In this document: piece by piece, positions 50,011 to 62,649 of the stretch
Numbering within the stretch: the stretch's first letter is position 1
How the letters are laid out: each line of letters starts with the position of its first letter
Assembly: GCF_001447785.1 (NCBI RefSeq)
Contig: NW_015160220.1
Location: 429,333 to 493,332, forward strand
Direction: 5' to 3'
Origin: Gekko japonicus
Taxonomy: Eukaryota
DNA: 64,000 nt
Translations under genes and position numbers: made by a program
Notes under the pieces: generated by a model
Told to the model about the DNA's origin: nothing
What the model saw: the letters and a program-made list of their open reading frames with translations, nothing else
The model's database searches: none

Positions 50011-51187
50011 TCTTAATAGGATACAGTCTTATTTCTTTAAATTGCACCACTGTTAAGGGATTTGTGTAGTCTGATTAGTGCTGGGAAAACATCTGGTTAA
50101 CTGCTGGATTTTATTTTTTTCAAAAGGAGTGTGGTCACAGAGGGGCTCTGTGTGTGTGTGTGTGTATGTGTGTGCTTCTCCTTTCCAGCCATCTTGATAC
50201 TTTCCAAAAGCTGTTTGCACAACAACTCCAAGTAATCCAATCAAGTCAGCAGTCTGTATTCCATCTTAAGACTCTGGGAACTGCAGACACATGGGCAATT
50301 CCACCATGCCTGGCCGGAACCATGGTGTTCTCTCTCTCTGTGTCTCTTGCATTGAACATCTAGCCTAATACAGAGAGCCAAAAACCTTAAAAGCTTGCAT
50401 CTGCTTCTTTGTGACCTTTGGGTTAAGCCTAATATTGCACACATTTTGCTTTTGGAATTCACCCATTTGCAAGAAATAGAAAAAGAAACAATAAGGGAAA
50501 TTCTCCACAGGAATTCTGCAAGGATGAGTGGTCTTTGCATGGGGCAAATGCAAGACTAGTAATCAGAGCTGTTGGGCAAGCTGCATGGCAAGGTTTTCAG
50601 TGCCTGTGCAGGAAAATAGACTTCCTTTATGAAAGGATGCTTACTGTACTTCCAGTTTAGCATGGAAACAATCAAGAGCACCTTTTTCAAGTGGGATAGA
50701 AGGCTCTGGCAAAGGGAACTCAACCACCAAGTTTACATTGCTTGCTGCTGGACCGGGAAATGGTCTTTTGTGCCTATCAGAAAGCAGCACAAATGTTAAG
50801 ACAAGGAAGTTAATACAAGGGTTAGGCCAATGATCCCCAACATGAATATTATGGCACCTGCCCACGTGTTTCCTGCTGCCCTGCTTCCTGTTTCCACGTA
50901 CCTTCCTTATCTCTTTCAAGTTCCTTTCTGTTCTTGGTTCCCCTTCACCCTGCTCATATTCCCTCTTGTTATGTATTGGGACTGAAACATTACAGGACTG
51001 TTCTACCAGAGACAGGCTGAGCTTAGAGCCCAAGAACAATAGCCCACCAGGACTCTGAAAGTAACCAATCAAGAAGTAATGTTATGTAAATAGCCTATCG
51101 TTGGGAGTGGGGTGTGTTTGAGTGTGGCAATTGCATGTTATTTAAACAGGGCTGTGGCCCTGGAATTCAGTCTTGCTCTTGCTGAAA

Positions 51188-51782
51188 TCTCTCTATATAA
51201 TAATTCTGTTTTGGTCATGGACTCTCCTGAACATTCCACATTCCCAAATCAGTTGGCTCCCTGATCTGTTGCTCAGAAGCTGTCCCTATCCACTGGCTGT
51301 GTTGCCTGAGTCTCACCTCCAATATTCTAAAAATATTGTTGTTCCTCTCCCCCCAATAGCCAGTCAGAACACAGAGGTAATTTGCATATGCGGCCTGATT
51401 GGCCTTTGCCTCTAACATTCTAGACTGTTTGTTGTTGCTGCGAGGAGTAATTGAATGCGTCCGGAGATAAAATACATATCCAAATTTTCCCTTAAACAGT
51501 CACTGGAGTTGCCAAAATACATATCCCAATATTCCCTTAAATGATCACTGGAGTTGCCAATCTCCCTGTGGGGCCTGGAGATCTCTCAGAAATCACGGTG
51601 TTCCCCAGCCACAGCACATCATTTCCTCTACAGAAAATTTCCCAGGTATTACAGTGGTTGCTTTGGACAGTGGAATCTATGGCATTATACCCTGCTGAAG
51701 TTCCTCCGCACCCCAAACCCTGCCCTCCCCAGGCTCTAACCCTCAAATCTACAGGTATTTCCCAACCCATTGTTGGCAACCC
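51188..51782 (+). mobile_element. 5' part of the same Helitron family plus MITE unit
   Basis: A|TCTCTCTATATAAT start. 51188-51430 is the reverse complement of the 36900-37154 segment. The 3' end was not identified. Confidence 0.6.
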
Positions 51783-52188
51783 TGTAACTGGCTATGGAAC
51801 TGCTTTCTAGACCCAGAAGACATGGCATAGGAGGAGGTGCTTTTCTACCTTAGCTGCCACTGCATAACCCCAAGTCAACATAAGTCAGGGGTGAAGGGAA
51901 CCATACCTGTTACCATGAGACTGTCCTCCCATAGTACCCACTTGGGGCAGCAAAATGACTGGAGACAGCCCTGCCGTATAGCTAAGCAGAATGAAATAAA
52001 CATGGCTTGCCTCCCTCTATTTTCCCCTTCCCTCTGCCGCCCCACCAGCCACAGCCGGGACACTCACCTGGAGCTTCCTTCTAGAGCTCGTATTTCTTCC
52101 CAAAACGGGCCTTACTCCTAGTCACTAATAAAGTATAGCTGGTCACTAGACTTGGGGTCTGCTCATCCATGGAACCCACTATTTAACA
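51783..52188 (+). mobile_element. Possible solo LTR (406 bp)
   Basis: TGTAAC...TTAACA termini and AATAAA at 52127, about 55 bp before the end. The TSD is not clean. Confidence 0.5.
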
Positions 52189-53056
52189 CCTCTTCTTTCC
52201 CCTCCATCTACTTTCACATACCTTTCTTCCTCTTTCTTTGCCTTCCTTGATTGGCTGTCACACCCTTCAACTTCAGCTGGCTTTGAGGTGTACTAAAGAT
52301 GGACAGAGGAGTTGCAGTAGTAGCACTAGAATAGACTGGAGAGGGACAAACTCCAGTCACTTTCTGGGAAATTTGAGCAATAGGTGCAGTTTGAAGATAA
52401 TGGGCACCTGACCTTGTAGTTTAGCTCCAATTTCATGTGTTTGCCTGAAACACTTTAACTGCAACAAGATTTGCTGAAAGGGAGAGGGACACACACTATG
52501 AGAAGGGAAAGTAAGTATCAGAAAAGCTGGAAGATATGAAAAGGAGGACAATGTGGGATTTATGCTTCCCTTGGCTTAGCTATTCCACCCTAAAATCTAC
52601 TGTACAGTGGCTTGTGGATGGCTCAGTACTGGTTTAAACAGGATCTCCCCATCAGAGCCCTCAATCCCACAAAGTCTTGCAGATGTTGACTAATTCCAGA
52701 GATGTAGCAAAATTACCCAGGAGTCCATTAGCACTTGAAAGACTAGGGCTGCCAGCTGGCTAAGGAAAAAGCAGCCTGTCCCTTTAATGGAGGTTTAATG
52801 TGTGGAAATTGGCAGCCGAAGCCTTTTGTGACATGAAGGTAAAAGACCCGATCAATTCCCAGCAAAAAAGGGGGGAGGGGATCTAATAAGTCTACCTTTC
52901 ATACAATTTTTCACTTTGATAAATATTAGTAAGCTTTGATAATGTCACAATTACCAAAATGTTACTTGATGCCCTAGAGAACCTGGAATTTTTCTATATT
53001 TCCCTCCAAATATTTCATTTAACTGAAACTTTGTTTTAAAATATGTATGGGTTATG

Positions 53057-53780
53057 GTCATTTGAAATGTAGTGCTGGAGGAGAGTTTTACAGCTACCAC
53101 GGACTGCCCCAAAAGACACATAAGTGGGGTACAAGAGGTGGTTTTTATACCCTGCTTTTCTCTAGCCTAAGGAGTCTCAAAGTAACTTAAAATTGTCTTC
53201 CCTTCCCCTCCCTGCAACAGGCACCTTGTGAAGTACGTGGGGCTAAGGGAGTTCTGAGAGAACTGTGACTGGCCCAAGGTCACCCAGCAGGCTTCATGTG
53301 AAGGATTGGGGAATCAAACCTGTTTCTCCAGATTAGAGTCTACCACTTGTAACTACTATATCACGGTGGAGCATAGAGCAGATCAAGCCTCAATTCTTCC
53401 TAGAAGCTAAAATGACTAAACTGAGGTTATTATATTCTGGTCACATCATGAGAAAAGACACTAGAAACACTAGAAGAGATAATTACACAAGGAAAAATTG
53501 AAGGCAGTAGGAAAAGAAGACTCAAGAAGACTATAGGCTTCAGTTTTAAAGACCTGGGCAAGGCTGTAACCTGAGGTTATTATATTCTGGTCACATCATG
53601 AGAAAAGACACTAGAAACACTAGAAGAGATAATTACACAAGGAAAAATTGAAGGCAGTAGGAAAAGAAGACTCAAGAAGACTATAGGCTTCAGTTTTAAA
53701 GGCCTGGGCAAGGCTGTAACTGACAGGGCATTCTGGAGGTCATTAATTCATAGGGTTGAAGCGACTTGATGTCACAGCAC
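53057..53780 (+). mobile_element. RTE/BovB-like LINE 3' fragment interrupted by a minus-strand Squam3-type SINE (53137-53370)
   Basis: FEM*CWRRVLQLPRTA...EQIKPQFFLEAKMTKLRLLYSGHIMR. Contains a 150-bp tandem duplication at 53421-53720. Confidence 0.82.
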
Positions 53781-54709
53781 ACACTCACGTGGGCTAGGGT
53801 CCCCATGACAGCCATTTTATGCTAGCATCCACTATCCTTTCTCAAAACACCGGTAGTGCACATAGGTTCAACAACTCTGTGGCTCTCAGCCAGCTATCAC
53901 CACATTTTTTTTCTCACTGTAGACTGTACAGAATATGAGGTGCTTCCTATTGGGGGTAGGTGGAAAATACTATTTCCTTGTCTCCCAATATGGGCTTCAT
54001 GACAATGTCAAAGGCCTAATGCACATTATTAAATGGTAAGAGTGATTTGAAGTGTTAAGAAAAGCATCTGACATTATCAAAGCCATATGTCATTTCTCAG
54101 ACTTGTTTCATGAGTTTGGTTACTTAATCAAGTCCAGATTCATCTGGGACATTCGTTTATATACATACAGCTCAGTGCAAACAAGTTTAATCCTTTTGTT
54201 TTCAAATGTCCACATTAAATGCAAATTCGCATGGATGAGCATGCATACACTCGGGGCAAATTTTAAAATGTTCCAGTTTGCGGTTTAAAAGAAATGTGTG
54301 TTTTAGAATATAACTGGAGCACAGCTAAGTATGAGAGAGAAAGAGTTATCACTAGAACTCTGGCCTTCATTGGAAGCCACAATCTCTGATTCCTCGTTCA
54401 ACCTAGGCGCTTGTAGTGCCTCGAAGGAAAGGAATTTTGCCTTAAGTTACTTTACTTGCCTACGAGAAAATAACCCTTGAACACAAGCATCAGCCCATTC
54501 TCCAAGTCCAAACTCCAAAGGCAAATATATTTGAAAATAACTTTAGCCTTTTGCTCACTGATGTGAAATATTAAGCAGAAATCTAATAATCCTGAGAAAG
54601 AGTTGGTCTCTCACTATGCAGTCAGTTGCTCTGGGCACCAGATGTCTCTTATAAATGTGATGCAGGACATGTTTACTGTTATAAAAATTATGTTGTTGTT
54701 GTTGTTCAA

Positions 54710-54801
54710 AAAGGACAAAGAAGAAAAAAGGGGAAAAAACTGAACCTAAATCTAGAATTCAGAACCTAAAAAGGTTAGTCAGGAATAGAAAAGGGCCAAC
54801 T
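54710..54801 (-). mobile_element. Second copy of the 11.2-kb Penelope-like family, running into a gap
   Basis: Reverse complement of ~11359-11450. Confidence 0.8.
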
Positions 54802-56066
54802 NNNNNNNNNNNNNNNNNNNNNNNNNNNNNNNNNNNNNNNNNNNNNNNNNNNNNNNNNNNNNNNNNNNNNNNNNNNNNNNNNNNNNNNNNNNNNNNNNNN
54901 NNNNNNNNNNNNNNNNNNNNNNNNNNNNNNNNNNNNNNNNNNNNNNNNNNNNNNNNNNNNNNNNNNNNNNNNNNNNNNNNNNNNNNNNNNNNNNNNNNNN
55001 NNNNNNNNNNNNNNNNNNNNNNNNNNNNNNNNNNNNNNNNNNNNNNNNNNNNNNNNNNNNNNNNNNNNNNNNNNNNNNNNNNNNNNNNNNNNNNNNNNNN
55101 NNNNNNNNNNNNNNNNNNNNNNNNNNNNNNNNNNNNNNNNNNNNNNNNNNNNNNNNNNNNNNNNNNNNNNNNNNNNNNNNNNNNNNNNNNNNNNNNNNNN
55201 NNNNNNNNNNNNNNNNNNNNNNNNNNNNNNNNNNNNNNNNNNNNNNNNNNNNNNNNNNNNNNNNNNNNNNNNNNNNNNNNNNNNNNNNNNNNNNNNNNNN
55301 NNNNNNNNNNNNNNNNNNNNNNNNNNNNNNNNNNNNNNNNNNNNNNNNNNNNNNNNNNNNNNNNNNNNNNNNNNNNNNNNNNNNNNNNNNNNNNNNNNNN
55401 NNNNNNNNNNNNNNNNNNNNNNNNNNNNNNNNNNNNNNNNNNNNNNNNNNNNNNNNNNNNNNNNNNNNNNNNNNNNNNNNNNNNNNNNNNNNNNNNNNNN
55501 NNNNNNNNNNNNNNNNNNNNNNNNNNNNNNNNNNNNNNNNNNNTGTGTAGCTCGTCTGACTCCTGCATGACAGCCCTGTGTATTACTGGAGCCAAGCTAA
55601 CTTACCTGTGCGTGGTTTTTCTTTCTCACGTCATCCTTTTTGTCTCAACGGAGACCTAACCAAAAAGAAAACCTTTTTTTCAAGCCTTGGCAACCTTAAC
55701 TTGGAGCATGGCTGTTATACTCAAGAGAAGTTCTTGGTCCATGGAGGAAATTATGTAGCTGATACAGCAAAAAAAAAAGTGATGAATGAGTTGGAAATGT
55801 CTATATCAAATGCCATTTATAGATCNNNNNNNNNNNNNNNNNNNNNNNNNNNNNNNNNNNNNNNNNNNNNNNNNNNNNNNNNNNNNNNNNNNNNNNNNNN
55901 NNNNNNNNNNNNNNNNNNNNNNNNNNNNNNNNNNNNNNNNNNNNNNNNNNNNNNNNNNNNNNNNNNNNNNNNNNNNNNNNNNNNNNNNNNNNNNNNNNNN
56001 NNNNNNNNNNNNNNNNNNNNNNNNNNNNNNNNNNNNNNNNNNNNNNNNNNNNNNNNNNNNNNNNNN
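54802..56066. other. Assembly gaps (54802-55543, 55826-56066); smaller gaps at 4527-4537, 21463-21537 and 40965-40986
   Basis: N runs. Confidence 1.
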
Positions 56067-57220
56067 GCCATAAAAATAAACTATTTTAATAGATATATAA
56101 ATAAAAAAGCTTAATTTTCCCCCCTGTTCCCATTCCCCCCTCCTTTAAACATACATGATTTTGCTATTGTAAAGGAACCTGAACAACCATATTCCAAGTG
56201 AGTACACAGTCAATCACCTAGGACATGTTTGGAAACAAACACAGAATGAAATAATGCACCTGAATAACTCTTCGTTTTACAGCTACTTTTGATTTTACAG
56301 TACTTTTCAAATACAGCTTCATGAAATACAGATCTCAGAAATAACAATAGAATACCCTCTTCAAAACTACAGAAGTCATTGGATAAATTGTGACTTGAAA
56401 TAAATTATGCCATTTATGCTTTGTAAGTTGCAATACCTTCCATCCCACCTTGCCTTGGCCTGGTGCGAAGAAATTAGCCATCTGTCACAGCTGCTACATG
56501 ATCTCACTTTGCTTGGGAATGACCAGGCTTCTTCCCTCTCTCCCACCACACACACAAGCAAAGAAAGTGCAACGGAATCCAGTGTCTGCCCCTGGTTGGT
56601 CTGCAGAATTCTGCAGGAAGACATAGGGACAAAGACTAGTGGAATAGGCCTAGTTTTTCAGGCCTATCCCCACTCCTCACTTGCCCAACAATATCTGACT
56701 GTGGTGTTTAAAAGTGGAGAGCGTCAAGATTCCATCTCATAAACTGTCTCCTGTGAAAACTGCTGGAAATGGAAGGAGTCAAGACACCCCATATTTTCTG
56801 GAATTCAGTTCCTGACTTCAGTGTAGCTGCAATACTACAACCACCATACAGCTGCTCAGAAGCCTAAACATCCATGAACTTTGCCTTTTGGCTTGTGCTT
56901 CCATAAACCAACAATGGTACTAGGTTGCATGCATGTTTCATTAATTCATTGCTTCTGGCTACAAGCCTGACATATAAGGAATCAAAAGAACTTTCTGTGG
57001 GCTGTCACTCTGATTCACTGGTGGGCACAAGGGCTCCAATGTGAGCAATGGGGCTCCCACAGCTGCAAGACTACCCTGATCACCTTAATGAACATGGGAC
57101 ACTTTTTGAGTGCATGTGGGGAGTCCACTCATACTGGAACTTTGTCCACTGCAGCACTTTAAAATCCAGGTATGGTTTACAATCCATCAAGCATAACAGC
57201 AGCTCATTTTCCACCCACAG

Positions 57221-57509
57221 ACTGATTCCCCACAAGCAGCTGTGCCGCCGTCACTCTTCCGTTTCCCCTGGTTGTATTGGTCAATTTCACACTATTGTCT
57301 GTGCGGCCACATTTTGAGCCGCATCTCCCCCCAATTTCCCCCGCATCTTTTGATCCTAAAAAAAAAAAAACAGGATCGAGAAGATGCGGGGGAAATCAGG
57401 GGGAGATGCAGGTCAAAATGTGGCCGCACAGCAAATAGTGTGAAATTGACCAATACAACTGGGGGAAATGGAAGAGCAACAGTAGCACAGCTGCTTGTGG
57501 GGAATCAGT
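57221..57509. mobile_element. Fold-back MITE, PIF/Harbinger-like
   Basis: ~138-bp inverted arms around an A-run. Termini ACTGATTCCCCAC / GTGGGGAATCAGT and possible 3-bp TSD ACA/GCA. Confidence 0.8.
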
Positions 57510-57572
57510 TGCAGTGTAACAAGTAGAGGAACCTTTGTAGCAGTTGTTGTTGCTGTGAGAACTGCAGTCCTT

Positions 57573-57730
57573 CATAAGAACATAAGAGATGCCAATGTTG
57601 GATCAGGCCAAAGGCCCATCCAGTCCAACACTCCGTATCACACAGTGGCCAGAAATACCAGTGCCATCAGGAGGTCCACCAGTGGGGCCAGGACATTAGA
57701 AGGCCTCCCACTGTTGACCCCCCCAAGCAC
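57573..57730 (-). mobile_element. CR1 3' UTR fragment
   Basis: CATAAGAA tail repeats. Homologous to 59266-59420. Confidence 0.85.
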
Positions 57731-57968
57731 CACCTTCCATTAAGCATAGCCAGTCTGGTACGGTGATTAGAATGTCTGGATAGGACCAGAGGGGCTATGA
57801 AACTCACAAAGTGATCTTAGGCCAGTCACTCTCTTTCACCATCACAGAGCAATGTCACACAGTCATTGTGTGAAGTTAAAATGGCCAGAGAAATATAGGT
57901 GGTAAGGGGAGGGAGGAGAGGATGCAGAACGTTCCTATATCTCTGGCCAGTTTCTTCATACCCTTCAT

Positions 57969-58098
57969 GCATCTGATGAAGAGAGCTGTGTTTCTCAAAA
58001 GCTTATCCTACAGTAAACTTTGTTAGTCTTAAAGGTGCTACTGGGCTTTTTACTATTTTGCAGCAATAGACTAACACGGCTAACTCCTCTGGATCTAT
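57969..58098 (+). mobile_element. Penelope-like pLTR fragment with hammerhead motif (57969-58008; GAAA changed to AAAA)
   Basis: GCAT-CTGATGA-A-GAGAGC-TGTG-TTTCTC-AAAA-GC-T-T-ATCC. Confidence 0.75.
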
Positions 58099-58195
58099 GG
58101 ACAAAAATGGTAAGAGACAGAACTAAGCTTTCACGTGCCTGCACATTTCATTAGATACATACAAGTGTTAAGGCTTGAGGAAAACTGTTTCAACA

Positions 58196-58321
58196 TATCT
58201 GAAGAAGTGTGCATGTACATGAAAGCTTATACCCAGAATTAAACTTTGTTGGTCTTAGGTGCCACTGGATTCAAACTTTGTTCTATTGCTTCAGACCAAC
58301 ACAGCTATCCACCCAAATCTA
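58196..58321 (+). mobile_element. Penelope-like pLTR fragment with intact-core hammerhead (58196-58232)
   Basis: TAT-CTGAAGA-A-GTGTGC-AT-GTACAT-GAAA-GC-T-T-ATAC. Confidence 0.8.
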
Positions 58322-59265
58322 AGAGACTGAACTGTATGCTATGGTAAAGCTACTTGGGATGGCGGAGAGGAGACCCCATTTCACCCACTAATTTATGTAC
58401 CTGCAAGTAAAAGGGGGGGGGGTTGGATCCTCCTTAGCCAGTACTGACTTGCTCCTGTGCGATGACAGCAGTATCACTGGCAGATGACCAACTACCTACT
58501 GAACCTGACAGTCAGATATTAAGCTATGCATGCTGTGAAGAAATGCATTTTTTCCCCTTTGGTGGTTTGAACTAAGCAAAACCTTCATGCTGCATTTTAA
58601 AAGTCTTTCTCTCTCTGGGCAAAGAACAGGCAGAGAAGAGAAGTCAGTTCAATGGCTTTCCAGCCTCAAGCCTCAGTCACGTTTTTTAGAAATGCTAATA
58701 GGTCTAGCTAGAGACAATGGGATTGTCCTGTCCCCCCTCCACTCCCCATCAGGAACAGAGATTTGGAGATATTAAGTACTAGAAAGACTTAAGGAAAAAA
58801 CTCCTGGAGACTTCAGGAAAAGATTTTCTTGACCTGGCCTGGTCTGGTCAGTGGGAGGAGAGAGGGGATTGATAATACTCCTGGGATCAAGGAGGAAGGT
58901 CTTGTTGCTGCTGATTCCACTGAGGCAGACAGAACTCTTACCTGAGGTCTGTGGGAGGCAACCATTACCATAAGAACATAAGAGAAGCCAATGTTGGATC
59001 AAGCCAATGGCTCATCCATCTAGGAAGCCATTTTCAAGACCTGGGCAAGGATGTTAACAGTAGGAAGTTTGGGAGGCCATTGGTCCATAGGGTTGCCATA
59101 GGTTGGAAGCAACTTGACAGCACTTAAGAGACACACAACTTAGTATGGGATATGGTGCCTGGAGTGCCTGGAGTGGTGAATGGTGCCTGGAGTGGTGAAT
59201 GGGGCATATGTGACCAGGGCTGTAGCTAAGGTGGGGGGGGGGAGGTGCAATCTTTCACCTCACCC

Positions 59266-59803
59266 AAGAACACAAGAGAAACCAAGGTTGGATCAGGCCA
59301 CTGGCCAATCCAGTCCAACTCTCTGTCACACAGTGGCCAAAAATACCAGGTGCCATCAGGAGGTCCAGCAGTGGGGCCAGGACACTAGAAGCCCTCCCAC
59401 TGTTGCCCCCCCCCAAGCACCAAGAATACAGTGCATCACTTGCCCCAGCCTGAGAGTTCCTATCTATACCTTGTGGCTAATAGCCACTGATGGACTTCTG
59501 TTCCATATGCATATTTAATTCCCTCTTGAAGCCGTCCATGCTTGTAGCTGCCACCACCTCCTGTGGCAGTGAATTCCACGTGTTAATCACTCTTTGAGTG
59601 AAGAAGTACTTCCTTTTTTCTGTTCTAACCCAACTGCTCAGCAATTTCATGGAGTGCCCACGAGTTCTTGTATTGTGTGAAAGGGAGAAAAGTACTTCTT
59701 TCTCAACCTGCTCTAACCCATGCATAATCTTATAAACCTCGATCATGTCATCCCTCAGCTGTCGTTTCTCCAAGCTAAAGAGCCCCAAGCATTTTAACCT
59801 TTC
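59266..59803 (-). mobile_element. CR1 LINE 3' fragment
   Basis: GLFSLEKRQLRDDMIEVYKIMHG...TRGHSMKL...YFFTQRVINTWNSLP. Confidence 0.93.
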
Positions 59804-61259
59804 TGCACACCTGAAAGAGGCTTGAAGGTAAAGGAAACCCTGTAGAATATCTGCAGCTTTCTAAGCTAATAAGCCTACCTTATATTTAACATCTGGTAGG
59901 ACAGGTATAGAGGGAGTGACAAAGGAATTGTGTTTTACCCTTTTCTTTTGAATCCCTTGCTCAATATGGTGCTGTGCTAAAAGTATGCTTGTGAACATTT
60001 TCTTAAATGCTTTATAACTTTTAATCCTGGTAGGAGTTCACTATGCCACACAGGCCTCCACCATATTGGACATGCCATTTTAAAAGGAGCACCAGGAGGA
60101 AAGGGAGGGCAGGCAGTTGGCAAGTGGCTATTCCCCCAGTGGTGCACAAGGCAGTAGGCTGTCCTTGTGGTAACCAGGTGCTGGATAGCAGGAGATGCAG
60201 AGGCAGTAGGCCTCAGAACTGGGAAGCTGGGAGTCCTGACCCTCCCAGGGGAAATTCCTACAAAGGTCAGGTGGCAGCAGCAGTTGAACAGAGAGAAAAG
60301 CCCTTCCCAGTTTTTGGAAAACGTTGGAGGACAAGGTGGAACAGGGCCTGCAGGTCAGAGCAGGATTGTTCTGCCACACATACTAACAGCAGATTGTGTG
60401 ATTTGTTTTCTTACCATTTGGTTGGATCTGGGCAAGGGGGAGTCAGAGGAAAAATCTGTCGAAATGCCCAAAGGCACCCTCAGTAGCTCTATTCTAGGGC
60501 TATAATTCTGCACACTACCACATGTGAATATTGATTTTTAAAAAGGGATTGCAGACATGTAGGGCAGCATAGCACTGCAGTCTACATCTTTCTGTAATCA
60601 TAACCATGCATGTGTGTGTACAGAACAAAACTTGTTTCTTTTGGAAAGTACTGTACCCTGGCACATCCTGGAAAGGAAAAAAATAATCCTTTCCAGCTAA
60701 AAGTAGGTGAAATGTAATTAAAAGCAGCTTTTTCACAACTTATCCAGTCTATTCTGGAAGCTTAATGATTGACTATGTTTCAACAAAACAACATGGGGCA
60801 ACTCACACTTATTTTAATGGCACGATTAATTCCTTTTTGATCCGTCTGTAGTGAACACTTACCAGTTGATTTCCCCATCATTATTGAAACAAGCAGGTTA
60901 ATATGAACACATAATCTTATTGCCATGAGTTCAACGAACTAGAGTTTGGAGTCTTACACATGGTGAGAAACATAATGAGAACTGAAGAGGTTTTCTGGAC
61001 AGGTAGTGATATGAACTGCACATCATACATGTTTCTGGTACCACAACAGAAGACCAAATAAAAATGGCACTGAAGTAAAAGTGGTATTTCAATTGTGGTG
61101 GAACTTCAGGGGAAAGATTTTAGAGACCATTTGACTTTACTTTAAGCAATGGCACCCTGAGCCTAAGCACATTTACCCGGAAAAGTTTCCACTGATTTCT
61201 TCTGTCAGCTCTTTCCTTGCAACTCTGTTTACGACTGCAGCACACAATAGCAGCTGAAA

Positions 61260-62649
61260 CTATCCACCCACAAAACAATCAACAGAATGCCCCTTTTTTC
61301 TATTAGGTTTCGTCTTGGTTTTATTTTGTTTCTGTTTATCTGCTCCCTTTTTATTTGGTTTCTTCTTCCTTTCGTCCTCCTTGAACCAAGGGCCCCAAAC
61401 TCCCCCATTAAAATTTGGGTTACTCCTTGGGTCTTTTGCTGGATATCGAACAGGCACAGCAGTTTTGTTGAACTGTGAAAGCCTGCGCAACAGCTGCTTT
61501 ACTACCTCTGGATACCTACTGGAAAGGTCCACTCGTTCATATGGGTCAGCAGTTATGTTGAATAGCCACACAGTTTTACCCGTGGTCCATGAAACCCTTT
61601 CATTGTGCCAGCGACTGGAGCCTACATTACTAAATGACTGAGGAGGGACCCAGTCACTGTATCCTGGATTTCCTGTCAGTAGTTTCCAGTGGTTCACTCG
61701 AATGGCTGACTGAATTGCTGTGTTCCATATCCCAAAGCCAGCTGCCCAGGAACCATTTTTTGCTTTGGTGTAGATCGGGTCAATATTGTGTAAAATATCT
61801 ACTCTCGGAGACCGTCTACCTTCACTAATGGTCTCCCACACATCATAGCCATCCAACTGGGTGTCTTCATCAATCTGTCCTTCTGCTAATGTGATCAAAG
61901 TAGGAAACCAGTCTGTTATATGTATAAGTTCCGTGCACATGCTCCCTTTGTTTTTGAGTAGAGGGCTATGCACAAAGCCAACTGCTCGGATCCCTCCTTC
62001 CCAGTAACTCCCTTTGCTTCCTCTGAGAGGCCAGTTATTTCCACCAGCAGTTGGCTGCCCTCCATTGTCTGAAGAATAGATGATAACACTGTTGTTATAA
62101 TAACCATATTTCTTCAGTGCAAAGGTCACATTGTGAATAGCTTCATCCAAGCATGCCAGCATAGCAGCATACCTTCGCCGGTTTATATTATTTATTGACC
62201 TGTAGCGTTCATAATACTTGCCTGGTGCCTGGAGTGGTGAATGGACAGCTTGGTATGCAATATATAAAAATATAGGTTTTCTTGGGTTATGGGAGGCTAA
62301 GATTTGTTGTACTCTCTGTGTGTACATCTGTGTTGAGTACATGCCATTATCATGTTCCCAAGCAGCATTGTCATTCTCATATAAGTCATAGCCACACATT
62401 CGAGGACTATCACATTTGTAATGAGTATAATAATCACCACTTCCCAAGAGAGAGCCGAAAAAACTATCGAACCCTCGCTGGGTTGGCATGCACTCTCTGC
62501 GGTAAAAGCCCAAGTGCCATTTTCCAACCATATGTGTTGAGTAGCCAACTTCCTTCAGCTTCTGAGGTAGTGTCGCGTTATCCAAGGGTAAACAGTTAGG
62601 CTGGGTGGGCCTTATAACTGAATGCTGAAGACCTGTGTGGATTTGATAC
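61260..62649 (-). CDS. ARSJ: Arylsulfatase J, last (second) coding exon; 1 nt plus 462 codons plus TAG
   Basis: Acceptor tgtgtctctttcAG|G at 62650/62649. Sulfatase motifs [19 protein letters not shown] and [12 protein letters not shown], followed by a Lys-rich tail. Synteny with CAMK2D favours ARSJ over ARSI, which neighbours CAMK2A. The CxPSR active-site exon is outside the window. Confidence 0.95.

Noticed and set aside
54759-56114. ORFs of 84-278 aa
   Set aside because: Artefacts of N runs.
60020-60818. ARSJ polyadenylation signals (minus-strand ATTAAA at 60818-60813 and 60025-60020)
   Set aside because: Cannot be chosen or confirmed without 3'-end RNA data.
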